NCBI GenBank assembly: GCA_036555105.1
Contig: DATBMA010000031.1
Location: 1,325 to 65,324, forward strand
DNA: 64,000 bases
Origin: Acidimicrobiia bacterium
GTDB lineage: Bacteria; Actinomycetota; Acidimicrobiia; Spongiisociales; ZC4RG35
Direction of reading: 5' to 3'
Shown here: piece after piece, positions 48,414 to 58,550 of the stretch
Layout of the letters: every line of letters begins with the position of its first letter
How positions within the stretch are numbered: the first letter of the stretch is position 1
Position numbers and translations under genes: made by a program
Notes under the pieces: generated by a model
The model's input: the letters and a program-made list of their open reading frames with translations, nothing else
The model's database searches: none
What the model was told of the DNA's origin: nothing

Positions 48414-49175
48414 ATGAATGCTTTGCAAGACACGTGGCTGGTCTTCGGACGGTCGATGAAGCTCTCCCTTCGCAACCCGGTGTGGGTGATATTCGGGCTC
48501 ATCCAACCGATCCTCTATCTCACCCTCTTCGGTCCGCTCCTCAAGGCAGTGGCCTCTGCCCCGGGGTTCCCTCCGGGGGATTCGTGGCAGGTCTTCGTTC
48601 CCGGCCTCTTGGTGCAGCTCGGCATATTCGGGGCGGTGTTCGTCGGCTTCGGTCTGATCGCCGAGTGGCGGGCCGGAGTGATCGAGCGAATGCGGGTCAC
48701 TCCCGCCAGCCGTGCGTCACTCCTCGTGGGGCGGATGTTGAGAGACGTCCTGGTGCTGATCGTGCAGGCGACGATCCTGGTCGGCGCCGCCACCCTCTTC
48801 GGTCTGCGGGTCCCCTTCGAGAGCTTCCTCGTCGGGCTGGCCATCGTCGCGATGCTTGGCGCCGCCTTCAGCGCCCTCTCCTACGGGGTGGCGCTCAAAC
48901 TCAAGAGTGAGGACTCGTTCGCGCCGGTGGTGAACGGAGTGCTGCTGCCCATGTTGCTTCTCTCCGGGATCCTCCTCCCGATGAGCCTGGCCCCCGGCTG
49001 GCTGCAGACCGTGGCGGACGTGAACCCCCTCACCCACGTGGTGGATGGAGTCCGGGCGGTGTTCCGGGGCGAGGTCGGCTCGCCTGACGCCATGCTCGGG
49101 CTCGCCATCACGGTGGCCCTGGTGGTGTTGGGCGTGCTTTTCGGGACCCGGGTGTTCCGCCGGGAATCCGCCTGA
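48414..49175 (+). CDS. ABC-2 type transporter permease (DrrB-like)
   Basis: Has six predicted TMs and follows the ATPase gene. Confidence 0.85.
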   Translation: MNALQDTWLVFGRSMKLSLRNPVWVIFGLIQPILYLTLFGPLLKAVASAPGFPPGDSWQVFVPGLLVQLGIFGAVFVGFGLIAEWRAGVIERMRVTPASRASLLVGRMLRDVLVLIVQATILVGAATLFGLRVPFESFLVGLAIVAMLGAAFSALSYGVALKLKSEDSFAPVVNGVLLPMLLLSGILLPMSLAPGWLQTVADVNPLTHVVDGVRAVFRGEVGSPDAMLGLAITVALVVLGVLFGTRVFRRESA

Positions 49176-49257
49176 AACACCGAGTGGCCGGGCCGGGAAT
49201 CTCACCAGATAGGGTGGGGCTCCCGGCCCCGCGGCCGCCCGTCGGACAAGGAGGCGT

Positions 49258-50034
49258 ATGAAGCAGGTTGAGGTCAGCGGAGGCTCGATTGCCTTTCGCG
49301 AGAAGGGGAGCGGGCCCAAGGTGCTGCTCATCCATGGCTTCCCGTTCGATCATCGGCTCTGGGGGGAGGTGGAAGAGCAGCTGGCCTCCGATCTCTGTCT
49401 CATCACTCCCGACCTGCGGGGAAGGGGTGGCTCTTCAGCGCCGGCCCTCGAAGTCAATTCGATGGAACTGATGGCGGACGACCTTTCGGTGGTGCTGGAG
49501 AACGTCGGAGGCGCGCCGGCTCACGTGGTAGGCCACTCAATGGGTGGCTACGTCGCCCTGGCGCTGGCGGAACGTTATCCGGGCATGGTCGCCAGTCTGA
49601 CGATGGTCGCCAGCAAGTCCGGGCCCGACACCGAAGCGGGGAAAGAGGGCCGCAACAACACCATCGCCGGCGTCAACGCCAATGGCCGACAGTGGCTCGG
49701 CACCCAACTCCTGTCCAAGCTGCTCGCGCCCGATGCCTCACCCGGAGTGGTGGCCAAGGCCCGCACAATGATCGAAGACACTCCTTATGAGGCGATCATC
49801 GGCGACCTGGCGGGGATGCGCGACCGCCCTGATCGCACCTCCGTCTTCAATGGGCTGGCGGTTCCCAAGCTGGTGGTGATGGGGGAGAACGATTCGTTGA
49901 TGCCGGCCAGCGACGGCGAGTCGATGGCGGCTGCCGCCCAAGCTCGGTTCGTGCTGGTGCCAGGCCGTGCCCACCTCTTGCCGATCGAGGACCCGGCCGC
50001 GGTGGCCGAGGCCGTGAGGGGATTGACCTCCTAA
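49258..50034 (+). CDS. alpha/beta hydrolase
   Basis: Has the nucleophile elbow GHSMGG and an HGFP N-terminal motif. SD AAGGAGG lies upstream. Confidence 0.8.
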   Translation: MKQVEVSGGSIAFREKGSGPKVLLIHGFPFDHRLWGEVEEQLASDLCLITPDLRGRGGSSAPALEVNSMELMADDLSVVLENVGGAPAHVVGHSMGGYVALALAERYPGMVASLTMVASKSGPDTEAGKEGRNNTIAGVNANGRQWLGTQLLSKLLAPDASPGVVAKARTMIEDTPYEAIIGDLAGMRDRPDRTSVFNGLAVPKLVVMGENDSLMPASDGESMAAAAQARFVLVPGRAHLLPIEDPAAVAEAVRGLTS

Positions 50035-51470
50035 CCGACCGGGGAGCCCTGCTCGTCCGGTGCCACCGCCGCCTCGAGCTCGCTGAACGCCTCCTCGATG
50101 GCGTGGGTGACCCGCCCAGTGTCGGGAATGGCGTCGTAGTCGGCCAGGATTCCCCACAGCAGCTTCCCGTCATAGGAGAACAGGGCCAGGCTCAACCCAT
50201 GCTGTGACCAGAGTGGGACCATCGGATAGTTGGAGAGCATGCGCGCCTCCAGCAAGTACATCGGGAATTGAGGGCCGGGGACATTGGTGATGGTGATGTT
50301 GAATGGCCGCATCTTCGGTCCCACCACCCGGTTGGCGAAGTAGATGAGGGGGATCGGCGTTCCACGGGAGAGATCCACGAGGGTCGCTGCCCCGAGGGCA
50401 TGGTTGTCGTCCTTCAGCCGGGTCGTCTCCTTGCGGATCGTGTCGAGCCTGGTCAGCGGGTCCGGCTCGGACACCGGCAGGTTGACAAGCCACATCGCCA
50501 CCTGATTTCCCATCGAGCCAGGCTCAGCGGCGGAGCGAGTCGAGACCGGCACCATCGCCCGGAACTCGACACCCTTCAGTTTGAAGCCCCGTTCCAGCAG
50601 GTAGCGGCGAATCGCCCCAGTGGCGATGGTCAAGACGAGGTCGTTGATGCTGCCTCCTGTCTTGCGCCGCACCGTCTTGACCCGATCGAGTGAGAGCTCG
50701 ACTCCGTCGAAACGGCGATTCAGCCCGAGGTCGGGGTTCAACGGCGTTCGACTGGCGCTGGTGAGCCATCCCGAGCCGAGTGACTCGAACGCGGCCTGGG
50801 CCCTGCCGGCCATCGCCGCCGCGATCTCCGAGCCACGGGTCGAAATCTCCCGCCACGATGTCATGAGATCGAAGATCCTCCTGGTGGTGCGGGCGGCGCT
50901 GGTTACCGCAAGGTCGGTCCCGGTGGGAGCCGGCCTCGGCTCCCAAGGGGCTGCGGGTTCGATGTCCGAGGTGGGCACGACGTTGAGGAGGATGGTGGTT
51001 AGGTCTACCCCAGCCACCCCATCGATCATGCAGTGATGGATCTTGGCGATGACGGCGAATCGATCGCGGGCGAGCCCTTCGACAAGCCACAGCTCCCACA
51101 TCGGCCGGGAGCGATCGAGCTTCTGCGACACGATTCTGCCCGCCATCCGCCGAAGCTGGTCGTCGCTGCCGGGGTGAGGGAGGCGGACGTAGCGAAGGTG
51201 GAAGTCGAGGTCGAATTGCTGGTCGTCGATCCAGACGGGCGCCCTGGTCACCGGAACGTACGCCAGCCGCTGGCGGTACCGGGGGATGTACTGGAGCTTT
51301 CCCTCGATGTGGGCCCGGATCCTGTCCAGGTCGATCCCGCCCTTGCCATCGGAAAGGGCATTGGCCTCGAAGATCGCCACCGCCGCCACGTGCATGTGCG
51401 TGGTCGGCGACTCCAGGGCGAGGACGGACGCGTCGAGGTGGGAGAGGGGCTGGAAGAACGTCTCGCCCAT
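50031..51470 (-). CDS. wax ester synthase / diacylglycerol acyltransferase (WS/DGAT)
   Basis: Has the HHxxxDG active-site motif (HHCMIDGVAG). Confidence 0.85.
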   Translation of the reverse strand: MGETFFQPLSHLDASVLALESPTTHMHVAAVAIFEANALSDGKGGIDLDRIRAHIEGKLQYIPRYRQRLAYVPVTRAPVWIDDQQFDLDFHLRYVRLPHPGSDDQLRRMAGRIVSQKLDRSRPMWELWLVEGLARDRFAVIAKIHHCMIDGVAGVDLTTILLNVVPTSDIEPAAPWEPRPAPTGTDLAVTSAARTTRRIFDLMTSWREISTRGSEIAAAMAGRAQAAFESLGSGWLTSASRTPLNPDLGLNRRFDGVELSLDRVKTVRRKTGGSINDLVLTIATGAIRRYLLERGFKLKGVEFRAMVPVSTRSAAEPGSMGNQVAMWLVNLPVSEPDPLTRLDTIRKETTRLKDDNHALGAATLVDLSRGTPIPLIYFANRVVGPKMRPFNITITNVPGPQFPMYLLEARMLSNYPMVPLWSQHGLSLALFSYDGKLLWGILADYDAIPDTGRVTHAIEEAFSELEAAVAPDEQGSPVG

Positions 51471-51515
51471 GGCCCTGTAAGCCTATCGAAACCGGAGAAT
51501 GGTTGATCGGGGCGC

Positions 51516-53843
51516 TCAGTCGCCCTGGGCAGATTCCTCGAAAGTCGCTGCCAGGGCGTCGGCCTCGGCCGAGGCCAGGTGCCACGGCACGCTGGTCACC
51601 GCCACCCCCGGCTCGAAGATGAGGGTGGCCTTGATGTAGAAGGCGGTCTGGTTGTGCAGGATCTGGCTGCCGAAGCCAGGCACCACGAACTCCGGGATCA
51701 CCACGTTGATGAGGGTGCCGGGGTCGGTGTCCCGGCGAAGCCTGCGCACATACCGAAGCAAAGGCTTGGTGATGCCCCGGAAGGGGCTCTCGAGGATTTC
51801 CAGCGGCCCGAACGTCTCGTGCCAGTTGGCCAAGATCTTGTTCCTCTGGTCGGCGTCGATGTCGAGATGGGCGGCCCGCATCTGCCCACCAAGGCGGGCG
51901 GCATATGCCAGGGCTCGCCGGGTGTGCACAGCCACATCGCTGACCAGCACCACGACTTCCTGTGTGGCGATGTGGTCTGGATCTCTCTTGGCAATGTTCG
52001 TCGACCCGGCGCGCGGGCGCTGATAAGTGAGGTCCGTGACCGCCACCCTCGGGATGAACAAGAGGAGGAGTTTGAGGACCAATCCATGGGGATGGGTCAC
52101 CAAGCTGCCCAGTCTCTGATGCCTGATCAGTTCCGGAATGACCACGGTGATGAACGAGTCCGGGTAAGCCTCCGCTTCCCTGCTGACGAAGCGACGAAGC
52201 GACTGGAAGGTCCGCCCTTCCGACTCAACCACTTCCAACGGATGCTGCGGATACAGCCGCGGCCAGGTATCGATGAGATCCTCGTTCCTGGTCTCCGGCG
52301 CGTGAACGATGGTTATGGCATCTGGTTGGATCAGCTCGGCGTATTCGATTGCCCTCTCGGTAGCACGGCCGGTGTGGGCAACCAGCACGACCACCCGGTT
52401 CCGGGTTGGGATGGGGCCTTCTCCCACGAGCCGCAGGCGATCTGCCACATCGAGGTAGTGGCGGCGGGTCGCAGCCATGATCAGAACCAAGACCGGGATG
52501 GCTACAAGGACGATCCAGGCACCGTGGGAGAACTTCACCGTGGCGATGACCACCAGCACGATCCCAGTGACGACCGCACCAACTGCGTTGACCGGCCAAG
52601 ACCTCCTCCAACCCGGTTCCTTGGTCCGCCACCAGCGGCGAACCATGCCAGTCTGAGAGATGGTGAAGGAGATGAAAACTCCCACCACGTAGAGCTGGAT
52701 CAGCCTGCTCACTTCTGCGTCGAATATGACGATCAGAAGAACCGCCGCTCCAGCCAGCACGAGCACACCGTTGGAGAAGACAAGCCGGTCGCCCAGGTTT
52801 CTGAATTGGCGAGGCATCAGCTTGTTGCGGGCGAGGATGGCGGACAGGCGTGGGAAGTCCTGATAGGCGGTATTGGCGGCCAGCACCAAGATCAATGCCG
52901 TGAAGACCTGCAGCAACCAGAAGCCGAAGCCCTCGTTGAAGGCGGCCCTGCCGATCTGGGAGATCACCGTGCCGTAGGTGTCGACCGTCTCCTCGGAGAT
53001 GCGGACGTCGAACAGCCGGGCCAGAGTGCTGATCCCCAGGAACATGGCTATTGAGATCGCACCCATCACTGCCAAAGTGTGAGCGGCGTTCCTAGCCTTG
53101 GGAGCGCGGAAAGCCTGGACACCGTTAGAGATTGCTTCAACTCCTGTCAGGGCCGTCGAACCGGAGGCAAAGGCTCTCAGGATCAGAAAGATGCTCACCG
53201 TCGCAACTTCCGCCGGCAGTTCTGCGCCGGCGGAAATCGCCTGGGGGCAGGCATCCAGCGCGCAACGTGCAAAGCCTGTTGCGAGCATCGCAAAGACCGT
53301 CACCACAAATGCGTATGTGGGTAAGGCGAAGAAGGTCGAGGACTCTCGTGCCCCCCGCAAGTTGGCCACGGTGATGAGGCCGATGACCACCACTGACATG
53401 AGCACTCGATAGGGCAACAGGCTCGGGAACGCAGATGTGACGGCAGCCATCCCCGCCGCCACCGAAACGGAAACCGTCAGGGTGTAGTCGGCGAGAAGGG
53501 CGGCTGCGGCCACCATCGCCGGGGTCAACCCCAGATTCTCGAGGGCGACGTTGAACGCGCCGCCACCCTGCGGATACGCCCGGATGGTTTGGCGATAGCT
53601 GATGACCACGATCAGCAGCAGGAGGGCGATGGCGATAGAGATCGGGGTCAGGTACGAGAAGGCCGCCGCCCCGGCCAGGGCCAGAACGAGCATGGACTCC
53701 TCGGTGGCATATGCCACCGATGAAAGGGGGTCGGAAGCGAAGACCGGCAGTGCCAGTCTCTTGGGAAGGAGCTCATGTTCCATCTCGTCCGAGGCGAGCG
53801 GACGACCGATGACCCTGCGTTTGAAGTCGGCCCAGCGAACCAA
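51516..53843 (-). CDS. APC-superfamily permease with two C-terminal USP-like alpha/beta domains
   Basis: About 12 TMs (..LPVFASDPLSSVAYATEE..) are followed by two similar cytoplasmic modules (VVVLVAH..VVIPELI and VVVLVSD..VVIPEFV). Confidence 0.75.
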   Translation of the reverse strand: MVRWADFKRRVIGRPLASDEMEHELLPKRLALPVFASDPLSSVAYATEESMLVLALAGAAAFSYLTPISIAIALLLLIVVISYRQTIRAYPQGGGAFNVALENLGLTPAMVAAAALLADYTLTVSVSVAAGMAAVTSAFPSLLPYRVLMSVVVIGLITVANLRGARESSTFFALPTYAFVVTVFAMLATGFARCALDACPQAISAGAELPAEVATVSIFLILRAFASGSTALTGVEAISNGVQAFRAPKARNAAHTLAVMGAISIAMFLGISTLARLFDVRISEETVDTYGTVISQIGRAAFNEGFGFWLLQVFTALILVLAANTAYQDFPRLSAILARNKLMPRQFRNLGDRLVFSNGVLVLAGAAVLLIVIFDAEVSRLIQLYVVGVFISFTISQTGMVRRWWRTKEPGWRRSWPVNAVGAVVTGIVLVVIATVKFSHGAWIVLVAIPVLVLIMAATRRHYLDVADRLRLVGEGPIPTRNRVVVLVAHTGRATERAIEYAELIQPDAITIVHAPETRNEDLIDTWPRLYPQHPLEVVESEGRTFQSLRRFVSREAEAYPDSFITVVIPELIRHQRLGSLVTHPHGLVLKLLLLFIPRVAVTDLTYQRPRAGSTNIAKRDPDHIATQEVVVLVSDVAVHTRRALAYAARLGGQMRAAHLDIDADQRNKILANWHETFGPLEILESPFRGITKPLLRYVRRLRRDTDPGTLINVVIPEFVVPGFGSQILHNQTAFYIKATLIFEPGVAVTSVPWHLASAEADALAATFEESAQGD

Positions 53844-53962
53844 GAATCCCTACTGACGAATAGGCGCGACCGCTCAGATTACGACGACGCCAGCCGCTGA
53901 GCGGAATCCTCCGGGTCGGGCTCTGGCGGAGCATGATTGCAGGTGGCACGATTTCCCCGCAG

Positions 53963-54038
53963 GCCCTCGTAGCTCAGGGGATAGAGCACAGGTTTCCTAA
54001 ACCTGGTGTCGGAGGTTCGAGTCCTCCCGAGGGCGCCA
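53963..54038 (+). tRNA. tRNA-Arg (anticodon CCT), CCA encoded
   Basis: Folds as acceptor GCCCTCG/CGAGGGC, D arm GCTC-AGGGGATA-GAGC, anticodon stem CAGGT/ACCTG with loop TTCCTAA, T arm GGAGG-TTCGAGT-CCTCC, and GCCA. Confidence 0.9.
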
Positions 54039-54112
54039 CACGCATCCTCTATCCCCTGAGCTTGCTCAGGGACTGAGCCTGATGGCTCTTCGGCTGGCGC
54101 CTCATCGCATGG

Positions 54113-54210
54113 CACAGGTTTCCTAAAACCTGGTGTCGGAGGTTCGAGTCCTCCCGAGGGCGCCACACTCATCCTCTATCCCCTGAGCTTGCTCAGGGAC
54201 TGAGCCTGAT
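54113..54210 (+). pseudogene. duplicated 3' half of tRNA-Arg(CCT) plus 45 nt of its downstream flank
   Basis: This 98-nt copy of 53987-54083 has one extra A in the anticodon loop and one G>T change. No matching 5' acceptor or D arm lies upstream. Confidence 0.85.
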
Positions 54211-54294
54211 ACGAGTCCTCGCCAGGGACTGCCTGACCGCCTGGCATTGCTTGTCCAGGCTGGTTCGGCCGCTCGAATCTAACCTGGGCACGAG

Positions 54295-55503
54295 ATGACC
54301 GACCACGAGTCGACCCGCCCGCCCGCCTGGTTGCCGAGGGCTGTGTTCATCATCGCTCTCACTCTTGTCGGCCTCACCTTCCTCGGGTGGTTCTTCTACA
54401 CCCTCCGGAGCCTGTTCGGGATGCTGTTCATCGCCGTCTTTCTGGCAGTGGCGGCCGAACCGGTGGTCCAGAAGCTGAACAAGCGGGGCGTGAAGAGATG
54501 GGTGGCCGCCCTGATCGTGGTCATAGGCCTGCTGCTGTTGATGATCGCGTTGGTGTTGCTCGTGGTACCCGCCTTCGTGAGCAGCATTGTGAACTTCGTC
54601 GCGGCTCTGCCGCAGTACGTTGAGGACTTCACAGCCTGGCTCGGCCAATACGTCGACCTCGGATCTTTCGACCCGAGCACAATCGACTACACCGGCCTCG
54701 GAAACGTGGCCGGCAATCTCCTGGGGGCGGTCTTCTCCTGGGGCTCGGGGTTTCTCGGCGGTATCGGGCAGGCAATCACCATCCTGTTGTTCGCTTATTA
54801 CGGGGTGGCACAGCAACCCGAGATCCGGCGGGGTGCCTTCTCATTCATGACCCCTCAGCGGCAGAAAGAGGCCAATTTCATATGGGAGGTGTCGGTCGAG
54901 AAGACCGGCAGCTACTTCTACAGCCGCTTCATCCTCGGCCTGCTGATCGGCACCTACTCCCTCATCTTGTTCCTGATCCTGGGTCTGCCTCACGCATTTG
55001 CGCTGGCCGTGTTCGTGGCAATCGTTGCCGAGCTGATCCCGGTCATCGGCACCTACATCGCCATGATCGTTCCGGCCCTTGTGGCGCTCTTCATCGACCC
55101 GATGAAAGCCCTATGGGTGATTGTCTTTCTCGTCATCTATCAGGGGATCGAGAATCTCTTCCTGCTGCCCAGAGTCACATCCAAGACGATGGAGATCCAT
55201 CCCGCGGTGAGCATCGCGGCGGTCATCGCGGGGAGTGCATTGTTCGGGCCGATCGGAATCTTTCTGGCTCTGCCGATTACCGCCATCATCCAGTCGATCA
55301 TCTCGACCTATGTGAACCGATACGAGTTGATCCCTGAGCTGGTGGCGCCTGTCCATAGCGTTGCTGCCGACGATCGTGAAGGCGCCGATTGGTGGCGGTT
55401 TTGGGACCGCGACCGCGAAGACGACCTCGCGGAGGACGGGAGCACGGCTTCGGGCGAGGGCGAAGACGGTCCGATGCCCGCACCCTCGCCCGAAGGGCCC
55501 TGA
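54295..55503 (+). CDS. AI-2E family transporter (second copy)
   Basis: This is a polytopic protein and a paralogue-type of 36574-37818. It has an acidic C-terminal tail. Confidence 0.8.
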   Translation: MTDHESTRPPAWLPRAVFIIALTLVGLTFLGWFFYTLRSLFGMLFIAVFLAVAAEPVVQKLNKRGVKRWVAALIVVIGLLLLMIALVLLVVPAFVSSIVNFVAALPQYVEDFTAWLGQYVDLGSFDPSTIDYTGLGNVAGNLLGAVFSWGSGFLGGIGQAITILLFAYYGVAQQPEIRRGAFSFMTPQRQKEANFIWEVSVEKTGSYFYSRFILGLLIGTYSLILFLILGLPHAFALAVFVAIVAELIPVIGTYIAMIVPALVALFIDPMKALWVIVFLVIYQGIENLFLLPRVTSKTMEIHPAVSIAAVIAGSALFGPIGIFLALPITAIIQSIISTYVNRYELIPELVAPVHSVAADDREGADWWRFWDRDREDDLAEDGSTASGEGEDGPMPAPSPEGP

Positions 55504-55548
55504 GCCGATGTGCCTGGCCACGGTTCCACTTAGCCAGGGATCAGCGGC

Positions 55549-56115
55549 ATGAACCCCGTTCTCGGATCCCTGTTGGCGTCGCTCGGAGTGGTTGCGCTCG
55601 CATACATCGGCTATCGGCTGTTGTCCGCTTGGGCGGAACGAGCCATTGTTCGCGTCGCCCAGCGTGGCGGTGCCCCCGGGGCCGAATATCGGGCCAGGTC
55701 GCTGTGGTCGGTAGGCCGGCGATTGGTCTTCATCGTCATCCTGCTGGCGGTCATGGTCACGATCATGAGCATCTGGGGGGTCAGCTCAGCTGCTCTGGTG
55801 GCGGTGGCAGGAAGCGTCGGGGTGGCAGTCGGCCTGGGCGCTCAGGGGCTGGTGCGGGACATGATCGCTGGGTTCTACATACTGGCCGAGAACCAGTTCA
55901 GCATCGGCGACCAGGTGAGCATCACCGGGGTGGAGGGCGAGGTGATCGACATCCAGCCCCGGGTCACGGTGCTACAAGACCGCCGGGGCCGGGTGTATTA
56001 CGTGCCCAACGGCTCGATCGTGGTCACCACCAACAAGACCACGGCCGCCTCACCTCGGATTCTCTCGGCGGCTGATGAGGACCCGGACCGGCGACCGGAT
56101 ACCCTTCCGGGATGA
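55549..56115 (+). CDS. small mechanosensitive channel (MscS family)
   Basis: Has 3 TMs and the pore/beta-domain motif GAQGLVRDMIAGFYILAENQFSIGD. Confidence 0.75.
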   Translation: MNPVLGSLLASLGVVALAYIGYRLLSAWAERAIVRVAQRGGAPGAEYRARSLWSVGRRLVFIVILLAVMVTIMSIWGVSSAALVAVAGSVGVAVGLGAQGLVRDMIAGFYILAENQFSIGDQVSITGVEGEVIDIQPRVTVLQDRRGRVYYVPNGSIVVTTNKTTAASPRILSAADEDPDRRPDTLPG

Positions 56116-57143
56116 CCTCAGACGAAGACCGCATCGCCCTCTTCCTCGACTATGAGAACCTGGCCATCGGGGCGAGAGATGCCTTGGGCGGCATGCAGTT
56201 CGACTTCCGGCCGATCGCCGATGCCCTGGCCGAGCGGGGTCGCGTGGTGTCGCGCCGGGCGTACGCAGACTGGTCGATGTTCGACGAGGACCGGCGGATG
56301 CTCACCCGCAATCATGTGGAGCTGATCGAGATCCCCCAGCGGCTGGGAGTGGTCCGTAAGAACGCGGCGGACATCAAGCTGGCAGTCGATGCCACCGAGC
56401 TCGCCTTCGAGCGGGAGTATGTGACCACTTTCGTCATATGTACCGGCGACTCCGACTTCACACCGCTGGTCCACAAGCTACGCGAGCTGAACAAGAAGGT
56501 GATCGGGGTGGGCGTGAAGGCTTCGACCTCGGCGCTGCTGCCGCCCGCCTGTGACGAGTTCCTCTTCTACGAGAACCTGGAGGGAGTCGAGACGAGGGAG
56601 GCTGCCAACGGCAAGACCAAGCCCAAAGAGGCGGCCACCACCCCTGCCACCGAGTCGGGGGTGGAGGGGATCGAGGGGCTGATCACGACCACCCTGGGGG
56701 GCCTCCAACGGTCGAGTGGGGAGGCGGTCCTGGCGTCGACTCTCAAGCGGGCGTTGCTTCGCAAGGACTCGACCTTCTCCGAGGCGGACTATGGATTCCG
56801 TGCGTTTGGCGAGCTGCTGCGGCATCTCGAGGAGAAAGGTGTTGTCGAGCTGACAGATGGACCGGCCCGCGGTGACCCGGTCGTCCAGTTCCCGGCCAGC
56901 GGCGGGGGCGAGCAGGAGGCATTCACCCTCCTGGCCTCGGTGGTGGCCGACATGCAGAAGCGCAACGGGGTCCCGATGCTCTCTGGGCTCAAGAACCAGG
57001 TCCGCAAGCGCAATCCCGACTTCTCGGAGAAGAAATTCGGGTTCGGAGGGTTCCTTCAGTTCTGCCGGGCTGCCCAGAACCAGGGCCTGATCGAGTTGGC
57101 CTGGAACGAGCAGTCAGGTGACTACGAAGTGCGGGTTCCTTGA
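56112..57143 (+). CDS. NYN (LabA-like) domain protein with two OST-HTH/LOTUS domains
   Basis: The NYN core reads IALFLDYENL..AYADW..KNAADIKLAVDA..TGDSDFTPLV. Two C-terminal HTH-like repeats follow. Confidence 0.75.
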   Translation: MTSDEDRIALFLDYENLAIGARDALGGMQFDFRPIADALAERGRVVSRRAYADWSMFDEDRRMLTRNHVELIEIPQRLGVVRKNAADIKLAVDATELAFEREYVTTFVICTGDSDFTPLVHKLRELNKKVIGVGVKASTSALLPPACDEFLFYENLEGVETREAANGKTKPKEAATTPATESGVEGIEGLITTTLGGLQRSSGEAVLASTLKRALLRKDSTFSEADYGFRAFGELLRHLEEKGVVELTDGPARGDPVVQFPASGGGEQEAFTLLASVVADMQKRNGVPMLSGLKNQVRKRNPDFSEKKFGFGGFLQFCRAAQNQGLIELAWNEQSGDYEVRVP

Positions 57144-58378
57144 CCGAAACCGCCGATGTGGTGGTTGTGGGGGCGGGGATCATCGGGGCATCGATCGCAT
57201 ATCAGCTGGCGAGGCATGGAGCGGGACGGGTTGTGGCCCTCGACAAGGGCGAGGGCCCGGCCGAAGGTTCGACCGGCGCCTCCTCTTCCATCTGCCGTTG
57301 TCGTTACACGCATCCGGAGGTGGTGCGTACCGCTTTCCACGGCCAGGAGGCATTTGGCAACTGGGCGGCGTTCACCGGCCTCGACAACCCACGCTCGGGC
57401 CTGCGGCGCATCGGGGTGTTGTGGATGTTCGATCGCGATGCCGGCGCAGTGGGAAAGGACGCCGACCGCCTCACCCGTGAAGGGGTGAAGGCGGAGGTCG
57501 TCGGCCCTCAAGATGTAAGTGTCCGCTTTCCGGCTCTTTCGACCTGCGTCGAGCCGTTCGACCTCGATGGGGAAGTCGACCACGACTGCCGCCAAGGTGA
57601 AGCATTCCTGTTCGAGGCTGAGGGTGGCTACGCGGAGCCGACCGGCGCCAACCAGGACCTTATCGAGGCGACCGAACTGGCAGGAGGCGAGGTCAGGTTT
57701 CGCTCGAAGGTGTCGGCCGTGCGCAGGTCCGGTGGCAGGGTGATCGGCGTTGCCCTCGAGAGCGGCGAAACGCTCGACGCGGGGCTGGTGATAAACGCAG
57801 CCGGCCCTTGGTGCAATCGCCTCAACGAGCTGGCAGAAGTGGAGCTTCGTTGGACCCTCACCCCGACCCGGGTGCAGACCCTCTATCGGGATTGGCCTTC
57901 CGAGCTCGGCCGGTTGCCTGTGGGGGCGGACAGTTCTACTGGTATCTACTTCCGCCCTGAGCTCGGGACCGGTCAGGTGCTGGTCGGCTCGGTCCTCCCC
58001 GAAGACGAAGAGGAGATCGTGAGCGACCCGGATCACTTCAAGCGAGTCCCGGATCCGCCATTTCGGGAGCTGAAGATGGCTGCTTTCCACCACCGCGTAC
58101 CTGCCCTGGTCGCGCGAGGAGAGATTGGGGGCCTGGCCGGCCTCTACACGATCAACCGGGAAGACGTGCATCCCGTCCTCGGCCCCACCGGCCTGGATGG
58201 ATGGTGGGTGGCGAACGGGTTCTCCGGGCATGGCTTCAAGCTGGCTCCCGCCATCGGGTCGATGATCGCCCAGGCCGCAACCGGCCGGGCACTCGAGTAC
58301 GACACCGATGTCCCCATGGCTTTCTTCTCGGTCGACCGTCAGCCTCTCGACCTGTCCGTCAAGCACGTGCTGGCCTGA
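57140..58378 (+). CDS. FAD-dependent oxidoreductase (DAO/sarcosine-oxidase-beta-like)
   Basis: Has the dinucleotide fold VVVVGAGIIGASIAYQLA. The start codon is TTG. Confidence 0.8.
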   Translation: MTETADVVVVGAGIIGASIAYQLARHGAGRVVALDKGEGPAEGSTGASSSICRCRYTHPEVVRTAFHGQEAFGNWAAFTGLDNPRSGLRRIGVLWMFDRDAGAVGKDADRLTREGVKAEVVGPQDVSVRFPALSTCVEPFDLDGEVDHDCRQGEAFLFEAEGGYAEPTGANQDLIEATELAGGEVRFRSKVSAVRRSGGRVIGVALESGETLDAGLVINAAGPWCNRLNELAEVELRWTLTPTRVQTLYRDWPSELGRLPVGADSSTGIYFRPELGTGQVLVGSVLPEDEEEIVSDPDHFKRVPDPPFRELKMAAFHHRVPALVARGEIGGLAGLYTINREDVHPVLGPTGLDGWWVANGFSGHGFKLAPAIGSMIAQAATGRALEYDTDVPMAFFSVDRQPLDLSVKHVLA

Positions 58379-58423
58379 GACCATCGCACGGTGAGACGGT
58401 GCGACCGTGAGACCGTGCGTCGC
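58376..58423. repeat. octamer tandem-repeat array G (6 units, mixed orientation)
   Basis: Units are TGAGACCA TCGCACGG TGAGACGG TGCGACCG TGAGACCG TGCGTCGC. The first unit contains the stop codon of the FAD oxidoreductase. Confidence 0.8.
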
Positions 58424-58466
58424 GTTGACCACCTGAGGCCTCGTCGGACCGCTAAGGTCTCAACGC

Positions 58467-58526
58467 GTGAACAGCGTTCGCTTCTTCTATTACGCCTTTA
58501 CCTGGGCCGGGCCCGGGTCGGTGTGA
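58467..58526 (+). CDS. candidate aromatic-amino-acid leader peptide (19 aa): (M)NSVRFFYYAFTWAGPGSV
   Basis: GTG 58467 to TGA 58526. Six of 8 consecutive codons are Phe/Tyr/Trp. It lies upstream of a terminator-shaped hairpin and a chorismate mutase gene. It is not in the ORF track because it is too short. Confidence 0.6.
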   Translation: MNSVRFFYYAFTWAGPGSV

Positions 58527-58550
58527 TCGTCTGAAAGCGAGAGTCGCCCA

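Noticed and set aside
53879-54172. A 97-aa minus-strand ORF is listed here.
   Set aside because: It lies across tRNA-Arg and its duplicated 3' half and is an artefact of the repeat.
54039-58378. A genomic island or prophage integrated at tRNA-Arg was considered.
   Set aside because: The duplicated tRNA halves are only 29 nt apart. The downstream genes (AI-2E, MscS, NYN-LOTUS, FAD oxidoreductase) include no integrase, phage or conjugation functions, and I see no obvious compositional shift.
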